Assembly (NCBI GenBank): GCA_051294905.1
Contig: CM119372.1
Span: forward strand, 19,344,001-19,408,000
Direction of reading: 5' to 3'
DNA: 64,000 bases
Source: Botryllus schlosseri
Lineage: Eukaryota
The position numbers and the translations under genes are program-made. Each line of letters opens with the position of its first letter. The stretch's first letter is position 1. The notes beneath the pieces were generated by a model. It made no database searches, was not told where the DNA came from, and saw only the letters and a list, made by a program, of their open reading frames with translations. Shown here piece by piece: positions 53,601-64,000 of the stretch.

Positions 53601-56600
53601 TTGTGATGTCGTTCATTGTTAGTACCGAACAGTCAATGCATAAACGATACACCGGTTACTATAAGTTGACGCTTCCTGTTGAGTTTATACTGTATATAGT
53701 GGTTTCTTGTTATTGTATTTTAAAACGGTGCGGAAAAGGTGTAGAAGATTTTTAAAGTATCACCAAATTCGAATAATCGATTCGTAACGAATTCAAATCA
53801 TTTGTGGACGCGATGCCACGCTCATCTCCTTGCACCACTGTGTCTCGATTAATTGATTCGTCGTATTTTGCAAAATTGATTCTACCCGAGCCCTGCAACT
53901 TCTTGTGCTTTAGGTCGTCTTCGTCTCATCGCTCTTCGCAAAAGCAAACGCGCATCGTCAAGGTACGTGGGCGTGCAATTGCTTTATGTCGCCGGCATAC
54001 CCTGAATATTTCTGGTCGTTGTGATCGGCAGAACGGGGACCTGATCTGGGGACAGATGCGCGGCTTCCCGTCGTGGCCGGGAAAAGTTGTGAAGCCTTCG
54101 GACGTGCGCAGCGTGCAGCAAAGGGCCCCGCTGCCGGACGGGAGGGTGTGGGTGAAGTGGTTCGGCGACCACACTTTCACGCAGATGAACCCGGCCGACC
54201 TGCTGTCTTTGACGGAAGGTCTGGAGAATCACCATAGCGGCCGGCGAAAAGGCAGGACGCGGTATGACGCTTTCGTTATCGTGGGCCCGGTCGCTTGGTC
54301 TTAAGCAGAGGACGTGCGATATACGAAGTACCTTTTCGGAGTACTCGAGCAGATTATGCCTATTTGCACTGATTTCTCGTTTGGTTGTGATTTTAGTTTT
54401 TAAGGCAAGATTAGTCCTGAAATGCTTTTTTAATTACTTTGAAGTCGCTATTTCTACTGGCACTTGAGTATAAATTTATGACGTTATTTTTACTAGCTGA
54501 GTACGAACTTCTACTTTTCCAGAGAACTGATGTAGATTTCGGCTACTTGTATTAAGTTTTCAGATTACTTCCACTTCTACCAAAACCGCATAATTTTTAT
54601 ACTTCGACCTTTGAAAATAGAGTTGCGACTGACTGTATCGCATTTGTGAGTAAAATTATCGTATTAATAGCCCGGTATCATGGTAGCAGATTACGTTTTC
54701 GAAAATTGCTCTATTAGCGGATTGGTCGGTCATTTTGCGTCTTCGCGAAGACACGTCTTGCAATTTCGAAAATCACCTGTTTCTGATACTTACTAAGGCT
54801 ACATGGGGCTTTACGACCTTTCATTATATATACTAAAAGTAGTATTGGAATGCCTTAGAAATTGCTAATCGAGTCGAAAATTTCGGCGTTGCTTCTGCCT
54901 CCGCTTGAGCAGACCACCTCCGGTTTCCAGGTCGAAAAGAATGAGCGTTCAGCTGGAGACCGCCATACAGGAAGCAGTGGACGAGCTGGGACAGCAGCAA
55001 GGCAGCGCCGCTAAGGTTTGTGGTCGTAGAGTTCATATTTGCGTCATCCTGGACGCGCTTTTTAATAATTGAATTCGTTTCCGGTGCTTTCGTCATCAGT
55101 TCTCTCGGATTGATCAGTGGCGTGATCATTATGCGAGTTCGCAATTATTAGTCGCGAGATGATCGCGCTGTGATTTAGAAACGCGTTGGTACCTATAAGG
55201 AAATAGAATTGACTATGGTTGATTGGCCAAACGGTATGACCGTAAAAAGCGTTCGATGACTATAACGGCAATGTTGTTCAGCGCTATTTTAAGCCGAGCG
55301 TGTGGGCGTGCGATGGGCGTAGTCTTATGTTGTGCTTCCGCATGCGTGGCGTGAAAGTCACCGAGTACAATAGCATATTCTCGTATCGGTGTGCGCAGGC
55401 CGATCTGTAAGTATGGCTGCGAGTCTTGGTGGATGCGCAACGCTGCCCTTGTGACGTCACGTACGCGGAATCTCGTCGTCCAAAAATCTGAAATTATGGT
55501 CTTCGCGTAGCAACTGCGTTGGTTTTCCCGCGCTGTTAATAGCTGTTTGCTTTCGAAATGCGTTCTAAAGTCCGCGATATCTGATTACAATTGTGACGCG
55601 ATCTTTTAGTCACGCGCGACCTGTTGGAAAGATCAATCCGATACGCGCTGTTGCTAGAATATGGGCTTCGAGTCGATTATAACTATCAATTATTATGAAG
55701 TCACAACAGTATGGATGATGCCGAAAGACGAAATATGTACCTTTTATACATCCAGTTCCATATCACAATACATATTATTATTATTATTTGCCTTTATCTT
55801 GATCGCGACTTCACAGATGTGCGATTTCCACTGACTAACATACGTGACTTTGCACTGCATGTTTTCTGTTGCGATAAGACCAATCGATGTTTACAGCCTT
55901 CCACAGTGGAAAATCGTATCGAAATCATAATTCTCTTGGTGACAATGGCGAGGAGCGTGCAATTTCAGTTCTTGCAAAAATCATCACTTACCGTTAATAC
56001 TCGCTTCAGATTTTCGAGTGCTGGAATCGCTGTGCGAGTGTGCGTGTTCTACCTTGGGTATATTGAGTATTGACAGTGAATGAGCCGCGCCGTTTTATTG
56101 TTGACGACAGGCCGTAAAACAATGTTGAATGTACATTTTGACGACTGTATTGGCGTGTCCTTCGCAATAACGATGCCGCAGATTTCTGAATTGAAATTCA
56201 GCCCGCATAATTGTAATTTAGCTCACATACTTTGGCATCTCTCGCCTGCGGATAAAATTTCTAATTCTTATTCCGAGCCCTCTAGCAAGCGCGGATAATA
56301 ATCGCCGTCTCATTTTTGATACGCCTTCAGCCATATCTTTGATACCATACATCTTTTTTTTCTCCGATCTGCCCTTCGATACGAGGCGAGATAGTGGATT
56401 AGATATTTTCGCAGTGACTTAATTCTACGTTAATACTGCATTTCCCTCGATCAGAGCATTGTTCCCGGCCGAGTGCCTTTGCTATTGGAGATATCAGTGT
56501 GGCTGGAGGCCAGCTGTCGATCGCTCATCATCGTGATTATCGATGTGTGCGTTGTGACGCCACAACGAAAAATGAGTTGTCCCTTTGGATTTCGGCCTGC

Positions 56601-58732
56601 GTAATGCGAATGTAGTTATAATGTGCGTGGGCTTAGAAGGACATTTCGACTGCTGTTATCGATTTCGCGAAAAACTAATTATATCCATCGTACTGTCGTT
56701 TCGCGAATTAGTGATTGGATCCGAGCTGGGATGGGGAATTTAGTATCTACGTTGAATTTGGGCGATTGAAGTCGGGCGTTTCCAAATGATTTTAGGCTAT
56801 TTGGTCTCCTTTAATCGGATTCCGGTAGGTTTCCGAGTACCGTCATGAACCCTTCAAGCGTCATTAACTCATAACTCATACCGTTTCTGTGGGTCATTAT
56901 CTCATAACTCATTCCTTTCCTGCTCGTCAGAGAGCATCGCCGCGCATGAGTTAATTTGTTGAATTTCGTAGCCGTATTCGAACTGTAAACCTTGATCGGA
57001 TCGTCATGACACCTCCGATTTGGCATTCGTAATACCTGATCCGAATGAACCATTCCTAATTTCAGGTTTATGCGATTATGAATTCGGTTATTGATTTTGT
57101 TGCGGAACACGATTTGCATTTGAGTATATCAAGTATGCATATTGGTATTGTGGTGGTGGTGATATGTCGTTCTCGAATATTTGGGATGAACAATTTTTGT
57201 TGTTCTCTTTGTTGTTCGGATGAAGTCAGTTAACGGTGAACTCGCGTCTACGCTGCTTTTGTTTTCAGTCCGTTATATTTAGTACCAGAAAAGCACTGCC
57301 GCCTTGCTCCAGTGCAAACAACTGTTTTGCATATGTGCGATTGAGGCGTCGGTTTCAGTTTTAAGGTATCGACGTATCATCGAGCTTGTTTAACGACGCA
57401 TGCAAAGCAGTTATCATTGCTGTCGGGAGCTCTCAATCAGAACCGCTTTTCATAACGAAAATTGAACTATAACCGCAATGCGAATGTTCCGGTCGATTCG
57501 CCTGACGAAATGTTCGCCGTACACCTTGATCATGTGACCTTGAAACTCCCAAACTAACCCTAACCCTCGTACCTAACCCCATAGGCCCACATGCTGAAGC
57601 GTCGCACGCTCGTAAGCAGGGCGATTTTTTTGACATGTCGAAAAAGTCAAAATTAGGTCAAAATCGTATCGTTAGGTCGAAAAATGTCAAAATTTTTACC
57701 AAGTTAACTTTTATGCAACCTGCGTTTCGTTTGTATCGTAGATTTCGCACTGTCGGTGAACTTATCATTTTACATTTTACACTCTGTAGCCTACGTTGTA
57801 GGCCTACCGTTGTGGACGGCCCATTGTCTGCTCATTATGAATCATAAACATTCAAATGAAACAAATAGGTTGACATGGTGTTATGCTCAACGTGCCGCTA
57901 TATCCCAACTGAAGCAAGACTGCGTGACATTGCATGGTTCTTATATCAAGAAGGGCATGATGAAAAATTGTGATGTAGACACCATTGCCTGAATGAAGCA
58001 ACACGGTTTGTCACCAGCAGTGTACGCGCAACTTCAGTGTTGTCAGCCAACAACTGCTGCTGTTGAACGTTCTCTCTCCATTCTGGGCAACCTACTTAGT
58101 AAGGACAGACGCTTTCTACCCGAGAATCTTGGAAAGTATCTTTTGTTGTACTACAAATTTTTTAAATTATTTCTTCCATAATGCGTAATGTGACTACTGG
58201 AGTTCCTCATAGGGCCAAATTTCGTAAAAATCAAGTTTTTTCATGAAAATATTTGTCAAGTTTTTGAGGCAAGTGATTTTTTCAGGCCAAACTACTTCGT
58301 AAGGACAGACAGTTTCAACCAGAAATGAAGATAAGTAGTAAAATTCCAACGTTACGTGGGAAAACACCTAATTTGCATACGTTAGGTCAAATTTGGTCAA
58401 AAGTAAGATTTTTAAGGTAAAAAACTGTCAAAATTTTGATTTTTTTAAGACAAAATCTTTCGTTTTTTAGACCAAAAAAATCGCCCTACTCATAAGAGAT
58501 GCGAAATCGGGCGGAATGAATCAAGACTCGATTGTAATCGATTTATAATCCACGATTTTTGTTGCCCTTTCCTATCCATCCTACGAGCTCTGATTACATT
58601 CCTTGTAACGCCCGTGTTATTTGTGACCTTCAGAAATTCGTAGAGGCGGTACAATCGCAACAGGCGCAAGCCGTACTGGACGCCGCTAGCGAGATGAACG
58701 AAAAGCCGAGACGAGGCCGTAAACGGAAGTGA
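29654..58732 (+). CDS. MBD5: MBD5/MBD6-like protein (N-terminal MBD, C-terminal PWWP), about 22 exons, about 2155 aa
   Basis: Phase-consistent exons: 29654-29697, 29757-29898, 29959-30088, 30245-30361, 30654-30701, 31791-31850, 31922-31980, 32832-32949, 33825-33885, 36585-36717, 37817-37928, 38559-42934, 43005-43098, 47699-47777, 47834-~48101, 50271-50298 (tentative), 52144-52214, 52357-52421, 53914-53962, 54032-54261, 54931-55015, 58634-58732. MBD: IPYGWKR...YISPSG...TCKCGLSCP...KVFSFNP. PWWP: GDLIWGQMRGFPSWPGK...WVKWFGDHTFTQ...LTEGLE...LETAIQEA. Confidence 0.9.
31036..31294 (+). mobile_element. Half copy (right arm) of the fold-back hAT MITE family
   Basis: Aligns to the right arm of 26921-27538 and 46519-47107; ends TTTGAACAACCCTA. 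Confidence 0.8.
34061..35535 (+). mobile_element. Composite hAT unit (1475 bp) with an internal duplicate right end
   Basis: Perfect 15-bp TIR CAATGTTCCCTCTAA / TTAGAGGGAACATTG. Perfect TSD ACCGGGAC (34053-34060, 35536-35543). An internal AGAGGGAACATTG at 34229-34241 has no matching TSD. Confidence 0.9.
37965..38341. mobile_element. hAT MITE (377 bp)
   Basis: TIR CAGTGGTTCCCAAC / GTTGGGAACCACTG; perfect TSD GTGTAAAT. The interior is shared with a fragment at about 26205-26295. Confidence 0.93.
38559..42934 (+). CDS. MBD5: Giant 4376-bp internal exon of the MBD5-like gene (Pro/Gln/Ser-rich, then acidic low-complexity)
   Basis: Acceptor TTTCAG at 38558 (phase 1) and donor GTATGT at 42935 (phase 0). 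It is open for 1458 codons and joins its flanking exons in frame. Confidence 0.88.
43487..44322. mobile_element. CCCGGGAT-type hAT MITE split by a nested insertion
   Basis: TIR TAAGGTTGGGAC / GTCTCAACGCTA; perfect TSD CTTATTTG (43479-43486, 44323-44330). Confidence 0.85.
43673..44189. mobile_element. Nested Charlie/Buster-like hAT non-autonomous element
   Basis: TIR CAGGGGTCCCAAAC / GTTTGAGGCCACTG. Flanks GTTTAGAT / TTCTAGAC both fit NTYTAGAN. Confidence 0.7.
45951..46392. mobile_element. hAT MITE (442 bp) with TTTTAAAAC repeats
   Basis: TIR TAGGGTTGCATTT / AAATGCAGTCCTA; flanks GTCACGTG / GTCATGTG (7/8). Confidence 0.8.
46519..47107. mobile_element. Fold-back hAT MITE (589 bp), second full copy
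   Basis: Same TIR as 26921-27538. The arms are complementary up to a centre near 46820. Perfect TSD ATGTGTAA. Confidence 0.95.
48262..48771. mobile_element. MITE with a 20-bp TIR, superfamily unclear
   Basis: TIR GGGGCGGAGATCATAAAGTT / AACTTTATGATCTCCGCCCC; no clear TSD. Confidence 0.75.
48893..49333 (+). mobile_element. hAT MITE (441 bp), diverged relative of 6916-7430
   Basis: Shares GTACCTGAGTGATTCGATTCTGA and the interior with 6916-7430; perfect TSD ATTATAAG. Confidence 0.88.
51146..52022 (-). mobile_element. Internally deleted hAT transposon with decayed transposase C-terminal half
   Basis: TIR TAGAGCCATTTTAA / TTTAAATGGCGCTA; flanks GTTATCAG / GTTATTAG (7/8). The minus strand translates AVTRWG, SWLNTAQYYAKRLPHV...DISPALNAKLQK*SPTPTSVERLFS and RPNRNFKDSNIPQYMKLYYN, with stops and frameshifts. 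Confidence 0.85.
57485..57590 (+). repeat. Short element with degenerate telomere-like (TAACCC) repeats
   Basis: A repeated TTCGCC motif (CGATTCGCCTGA, ATGTTCGCCG) is followed by CTAACCCTAACCCTCGTACCTAACCCC. This resembles non-autonomous Helentron-associated repeats. The call is tentative. Confidence 0.4.
57617..58488 (+). mobile_element. Internally deleted hAT transposon retaining the dimerisation-domain fragment
   Basis: TIR CAGGGCGATTTTTTT / AAAAAAATCGCCCTA; flanks CTCGTAAG / CTCATAAG (7/8). 57993-58181 encodes CCQPTTAAVERSLSILGNLLSKDRRFLPENLGKYLLLYY. Confidence 0.88.
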
Positions 58733-60625
58733 ATCGAAGGATTTCGCGGAACAACTTTTTTATTCCTGTGTTCTACCAGGCGGACAGCGCCCAGACCCAG
58801 CGATAATCGCCGCATCGACTTTATACGTAAATCTTTCCTGCCCGCGATACCTTGTAGCGGGGATGCGTGGCTAATTTCGATTTTTGAAATCGGGTTTCAA
58901 GTCTGCCGGGCTTGCGTTTTATAATTTGTACAGTTAATTAAGATTATCGAAAGATCCACAGATTCTATTGTAAAGCTATATTTTAGCTATTAGCAATGTA
59001 CTAGTAAAGTTACCATTCGTTCTCGATTTCATATACTTCTTGCTCTGTTGATAATAAAATGAATTGTATGTTCGCGTATGGAGGTTGAAAAGCCTTTTGT
59101 TGACACACGCTCTAGGATGGCCTCTACTGAGAGGTACCGGGACTTGTAGAGCGCGCGCAATGTCAACGACCGATCGAGTGTGTCACGCTTCGTCTGGCTA
59201 TTCCGTTATTAGTCACGTTGGAAAACTATACTCGAAAATCGGCAGAATTTGGAATCGTTCCGTGATTTTATTCGTGATACTTATTGCAGGCAATTTCGAC
59301 TTCGCGAATCTGGAATGCAAGCATCTGTCAGATGCAGATCAGTTTATTAATAATTTCACCATTTCAAAACACCCTAAATATTGCAATAAAATTACTGAAT
59401 GCCTAGGACTCAAAACAACTTGGAGTGTATTTGCAATCCAGGACCCAGCACGGCCTGGCATATGGAAAAAAGAGGCTTGTGCACGAACACTAAATATGAA
59501 GTAGCATAGACAAGCTTTGGAAATGGAGTGACTAGTGTTGGCAGGAAATAGAATGTGATATCGTGGTCCAGAAATCTCGGGCGCAGAGTACTATGCAACG
59601 GGCGAAGTAAACCCAGTGGTAACCGTTTTGACTTCGTTCAGGATGGTTGCCACTTTCAACGACAATAAAGCAGCGGTCGCTGGTCTATTATATCGATACC
59701 ATTGTACGGCGGAATGTCCAGCGCTTTTACATCGTTTGAGCTGTGGATTATCCTTCCGCATCTCTGAAGTTGTCGGCAAACAGTGCTTTCACGCTTGATT
59801 TGGTGTAGTTTTTGGTAGCGCAAGCGTTGCAATACCAATTATAAGTGGGTGGATGATTACAAAACATCTTTACACATCACAAGGTACCGTCATCCATATG
59901 TTGACATCTCTGATATGTGGTAGTGGTTTAATGTCACGGATATCTAAGCTTTGGGACTGATATGTGAGTAGGCTACAACTGCAAGCGACGCGTCACAGCA
60001 GATAGACCGACTGAAGTCCAATCGGTCCACCTGTCCTACACACCGAACACAGACAATTTTCCTAAGTGCTACTGAAGTCCTCATAATAATATTTACAATA
60101 CTCGCGTTGATTCATCATCAATATACGCAGCCGGAAGCGCTCATCATAACAACGCGTACAAGTGCGGCAAACGAACATAGGTACAGACCAGTCATACATG
60201 CTCTTGACAACTAATTTGTAACCGCGTACTAGCCCCAACAAAACGTGGCACAAAACTAATACACGGCCGCGTGAGAAGCCATTTCAACACTCGCATAATA
60301 TCAAAAAATGATGGCGGTGATATCGCTGTTTCTTTATTCAGTAAACAAGATTCAAGGTTGCTATATTGGGGTTAGTGCTATGTATATATATACGCGTGAT
60401 TTATTCAACAGGTAACCGTATTGATCTTGTTTGCCGCCCAACACGACTCATCCGCATAAGCGGCGAGGCTTTCGGAAATACACCCATTCGTATAGCATCG
60501 ACCGAAAGCTGCATAGGCGCGCTGTTTCAATCGGCGCAATAACATAATTTATATTGGTATCTAAAATCGCGTGACAAAATATTTCTCAATTGAATGCATC
60601 ACAATGTCGGCATCGAGACGAGACG

Positions 60626-62653
60626 TCAAACTTTCACTTGATTCTGAGGGAAATTTTCCGCGATTTTATCGGCGTAGTGTTCGGTCAAGGCTTTTCTTTT
60701 CAGTTTGAACGCGGACGTAATAAGACCCGTTTCGGGGGTCCACGGTACCGATTCCACGTACATCTTTTGCGGTATCTCGAACTTTTGGAGGTGGGCCGTC
60801 TTCGCCGCTTTCAGCAGGGCGTCTTTGATCGCCTTTTCCATCTCTGAATTCTTGCATAGATCGTCCATCTTCTTTTCAGTTATTCCTTTGCTCGTTGCTA
60901 ACGCCACAAACGCTTTTTCGTTCGGCACTATAAATGCCATGGCCGTCGGGTGAAGACTGCTGGCGTACAGCCAAACGTTGTCAAACAACGGACTGGCTTT
61001 TAGTTTGGACTCGATGTTACCGACGGCGATGTATTCCCCGTGCGATAACTTCACCAAATCTTTCTTCCTGTCGATAATTTTCAAACTGCCATCATTCAAA
61101 ATTTCGCCGATGTCGCCCGTTTTGAACCATCGCTGCCCGTCCTCGTCAACGTGGTAGTCTTCCGCAGTTTTCTCTTCGTTTTTGTAGTACCCTTGCGTGA
61201 TCACGGGCCCACCAAGCCATACTTCCCCTTGCGGATTAGGCTTGTTTGTAGGAAAGTAACCGCCTTCATCCCAAGGCACTAACTTCACTTCGCAGCTAGC
61301 TATGGGCGGACCGGCTGTGCCAGTCGAGTGATCTGATGAAACTTGAGTAATAGTGCCTGCGCCGCAAGTTTCTGTTAAACCATACCCTTGCCCGACGGGG
61401 CAGCACATGCAGACGTTCATAAATCGCTGCGTTTGCTTGTCAAGTGGCGCACCGCCAGATAGCATCGCCCGCACCCGGCCGCCAAGCAATCCGCGCGCCG
61501 CTTTGAACAATTTGTTCACCACTGGCGTGTCTTGTCCTTTTTCCACGTATCCTAATTTGTAGTTGTACGCATAATGAAAAACTGTTTGGCGAAGGTATGA
61601 GCCTTCGCCGACAGCCTGAAGCAAAGCTTTTCGCATGCGTTCCATGATTTCCGGTACCGCCGCCATTAGCGTCGGTTTCAAGGTCGGCGCGTCGCCTTTC
61701 GTACCGGATTTAATGCGGCTGGACCTGTCCGTCAATGTCAACGGTGTGGAATACCCTATCCTGGCGCCTGTGCATAACAACACGCTCTCTGCAGCGAGCT
61801 CCAGCACGTGAGCTAAAGGAAGGTACGCGATGTACGTATCGTCGACGGAAAGACCTGGGATTCGTGCAGCCATTCCCGACATGGCCGCTACGAAATTTCC
61901 GTGACTTATCATTACTCCTTTGGGATTTCCGGTGGTACCGCTTGTGTACATGATCATCGCGATTTGATCGTGGGTCGGCGACTGTTTAGGAGAGGCTTTT
62001 CCTTCCTCGCTTCGCCCGCGACTTTGTAAATCCGTGAATGTGGTGAGTTGTATCGTATCCGGCAAATCTTTAATTTCGTTTTCCGACTCCACGTAGACGA
62101 TGTTCGTCAGTTTCGGGAGTTTGGGCAGGCACTGCTTCAACTTGCTCATTACTAGATTAGCGCTGGTGATAACGCACGCTACGTCGGTCTGGTCTAGAGA
62201 GTATGTAATACCCTCTTCCCCCAAAGTGGCATAAACTGTGACCAGTGTATATCCGAATCTGAAGCATGCTTGGGCAGCAATCATCCATTCCGCTTGTGTC
62301 TCTAAAAACAGAGCCACGTTTTGGCCCGCGGTGACGCCTAAAGCCGCGAGTCCGCGTCCTACATCTTCTACCTTTTCGCTGACTTGGCTGAACGTCAGCC
62401 ATTTGTATTCGCCGAAAGTCGCCTTCTTGAATACTTTACCGTCAGCCTGTTTCTCATCTTCCTCTGATACCAGTTGGCGTGTACCAAGGCTATCACGACC
62501 CCCGTGTTTTTCTACTGCGTAGTCGAAAACGCCGCTAATGGTCCTTCTGCCGTCGTAGACAGACGTTAACAGTTCATTAAAGTGCTCCACGCATCTGTAC
62601 GGCGATCCGGGGTCTTCGGAATTAGTAGCCTTCGCCCGCAGTTTTAGCGACAT
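60626..62653 (-). CDS. ACSL4: Long-chain acyl-CoA synthetase ACSL3/4-like, single coding exon, 675 aa
   Basis: Contains the AMP-binding motif IMYTSGTTGNPKGV, YLPLAHVLEL, GQGYGLTET, WFKTGDIG, IIDRKKDLVKL and SAFKLKRK. The N-terminus LRAKATNSEDPGSPYR matches the start of the short ACSL4 form. Confidence 0.96.
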   Translation of the reverse strand: MSLKLRAKATNSEDPGSPYRCVEHFNELLTSVYDGRRTISGVFDYAVEKHGGRDSLGTRQLVSEEDEKQADGKVFKKATFGEYKWLTFSQVSEKVEDVGRGLAALGVTAGQNVALFLETQAEWMIAAQACFRFGYTLVTVYATLGEEGITYSLDQTDVACVITSANLVMSKLKQCLPKLPKLTNIVYVESENEIKDLPDTIQLTTFTDLQSRGRSEEGKASPKQSPTHDQIAMIMYTSGTTGNPKGVMISHGNFVAAMSGMAARIPGLSVDDTYIAYLPLAHVLELAAESVLLCTGARIGYSTPLTLTDRSSRIKSGTKGDAPTLKPTLMAAVPEIMERMRKALLQAVGEGSYLRQTVFHYAYNYKLGYVEKGQDTPVVNKLFKAARGLLGGRVRAMLSGGAPLDKQTQRFMNVCMCCPVGQGYGLTETCGAGTITQVSSDHSTGTAGPPIASCEVKLVPWDEGGYFPTNKPNPQGEVWLGGPVITQGYYKNEEKTAEDYHVDEDGQRWFKTGDIGEILNDGSLKIIDRKKDLVKLSHGEYIAVGNIESKLKASPLFDNVWLYASSLHPTAMAFIVPNEKAFVALATSKGITEKKMDDLCKNSEMEKAIKDALLKAAKTAHLQKFEIPQKMYVESVPWTPETGLITSAFKLKRKALTEHYADKIAENFPQNQVKV

Positions 62654-64000
62654 CTCGTCTGTTATAATATATACTACTGACTTTCACGAGCAGATATTAT
62701 ATCATGTAACCCGGCAACCGGTCTGAAACAGGAATTTCAAATCACAATACGACATTTGCCCTTCAAAAGCGCCAAAACACACAACTTATCTCTAGCAAGA
62801 GTGTGAAGCTGAGAATATCGTCCTGGAAGCTCTGAAACTGGCGTGAACTGATCGAGGTTGCTGATCTACGCTGATGCGATCAATTGGACCCACTTTAGTT
62901 CAACGTGGCAATCAACTAACACGGTCTGGCAATAACTACACTCGCCACCTCGTTGCTCTTTGCCCGCATCGGAGAATTATGAGAGTTGGACTTTGGATAT
63001 CATTTGTCATACCACATGCGTAGTGAAATAAGAGAGAGTCTGAGGGTACTATCGGTCACGGCGGCACTACAGTTCATAATGGAGAGAACGAGAGAATTTG
63101 TTCGTCGTCGCCAATAATGCAAATGTGGAACTATAGAGTATGACTGGAGTGACGACTCGATTGTTCTCCCATTGTTAGCCGTCAGAATGGTCACGGTCAG
63201 ATGGCTGCACCCAAAACAGGATTGCTCAGTGCTTGTTTCTATGGCGTTCAAGGCGATTAGTTAATAATTTCTTGAAGTTGCGGCGGAGTTAGTTAGACAG
63301 TTCAACATTTAGGTAGCGGTGGCGAGTCGTTATGACTAGTGAATATTACCGTGTAGCCTATGTTACATTTCTCACGAGATTGATGTGATATTGTGGCTTT
63401 GATCCTTTATAGACTTTGCTACGTATATAAATATAATGACAGAAGGTATAATATAGAATATCTGGTTCGTGTGCAGCGGCTATTGTGAGATGAATTCATG
63501 GAAAGGACGACTGAAGAATACTACAAAGTGAACAAGTGGAAAGATCTTGAACTATATCTATATGCAGTTCACAATATCTTTGATTGAAAATATGTCCTAG
63601 ATATTAACTGCAGAAATTCGAGTATGAATATAACAAATAATATCGCAACAGTCTTGTGGTCTTGTATGCCTGTCCGATTGTCTAATAACCGCAGAAACTT
63701 GAGTATGACTAGAACCAGGGCTTTGTGTAATGTTAATGTTCTGCTTGATCTCGATTCACTATAGTCAGCTCAGAGCTTACTCCTAGGAAGTATGCAAAAT
63801 CGCACTTGAATGGAACTCGTTGTCTACTAGAATACCCCAGAATTCGCTTGGAAGATCTCTGCCGGTCGACATTAGTAGAAAGCCAATGCACCACGTCAAG
63901 GTTTCGACCAACGCATTGGTTTCCTTTTTTAGGTAGGGAATCCCAATGTGGATAGGCAGCATTTGCCACAGAGAGAAAAAACTACAATACTAACACTACC

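Noticed and set aside
53373-53660. Degenerate local duplications (also 45880-45910 and 56860-56910)
   Set aside because: They are short, irregular slippage-type duplications with no further structure.
53804-54304. Stand-alone 166-aa PWWP gene
   Set aside because: Its N- and C-terminal parts are intronic. The core is two exons of the MBD5-like gene, with matching splice phases.

Overview
This is eukaryotic (metazoan) genomic DNA. It is most likely from an ascidian tunicate; that is an inference from chordate-like CHD3/4/5, MBD5 and ACSL proteins, many 56-71 nt GT-AG introns and AT-rich introns full of hAT MITEs. Five protein-coding genes were found. On the minus strand: xylulokinase XYLB (13 exons, 6241-15375), intronless TRMT11 (15889-17319), intronless CHD3/4/5 (Mi-2; 20459-25891) and intronless ACSL3/4 (60626-62653). 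On the plus strand, head-to-head with CHD, is an MBD5/6-like MBD+PWWP gene (about 22 exons, about 2155 aa, 29654-58732). Non-coding DNA holds more than 15 hAT-type elements with identifiable 8-bp TSDs, a Chapaev3-like relic in the CHD 3' UTR region, a tRNA-derived SINE, a ~191-bp tandem array and a 5'-truncated Penelope-like retroelement. The best leads are: (1) a minimal type I hammerhead ribozyme with a compensatory U3-A8 core pair in the Penelope pseudo-LTR, lying sense in the last XYLB intron; (2) two independent composite hAT units in which MITE ends bracket 1-1.7 kb of cargo with a perfect TSD only at the outermost ends; (3) a candidate TRMT11-XYLB operon resolved by SL trans-splicing; and (4) three intronless copies of normally intron-rich genes. 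No rRNA, tRNA gene or CRISPR array was found. All calls were made by eye, without database searches.
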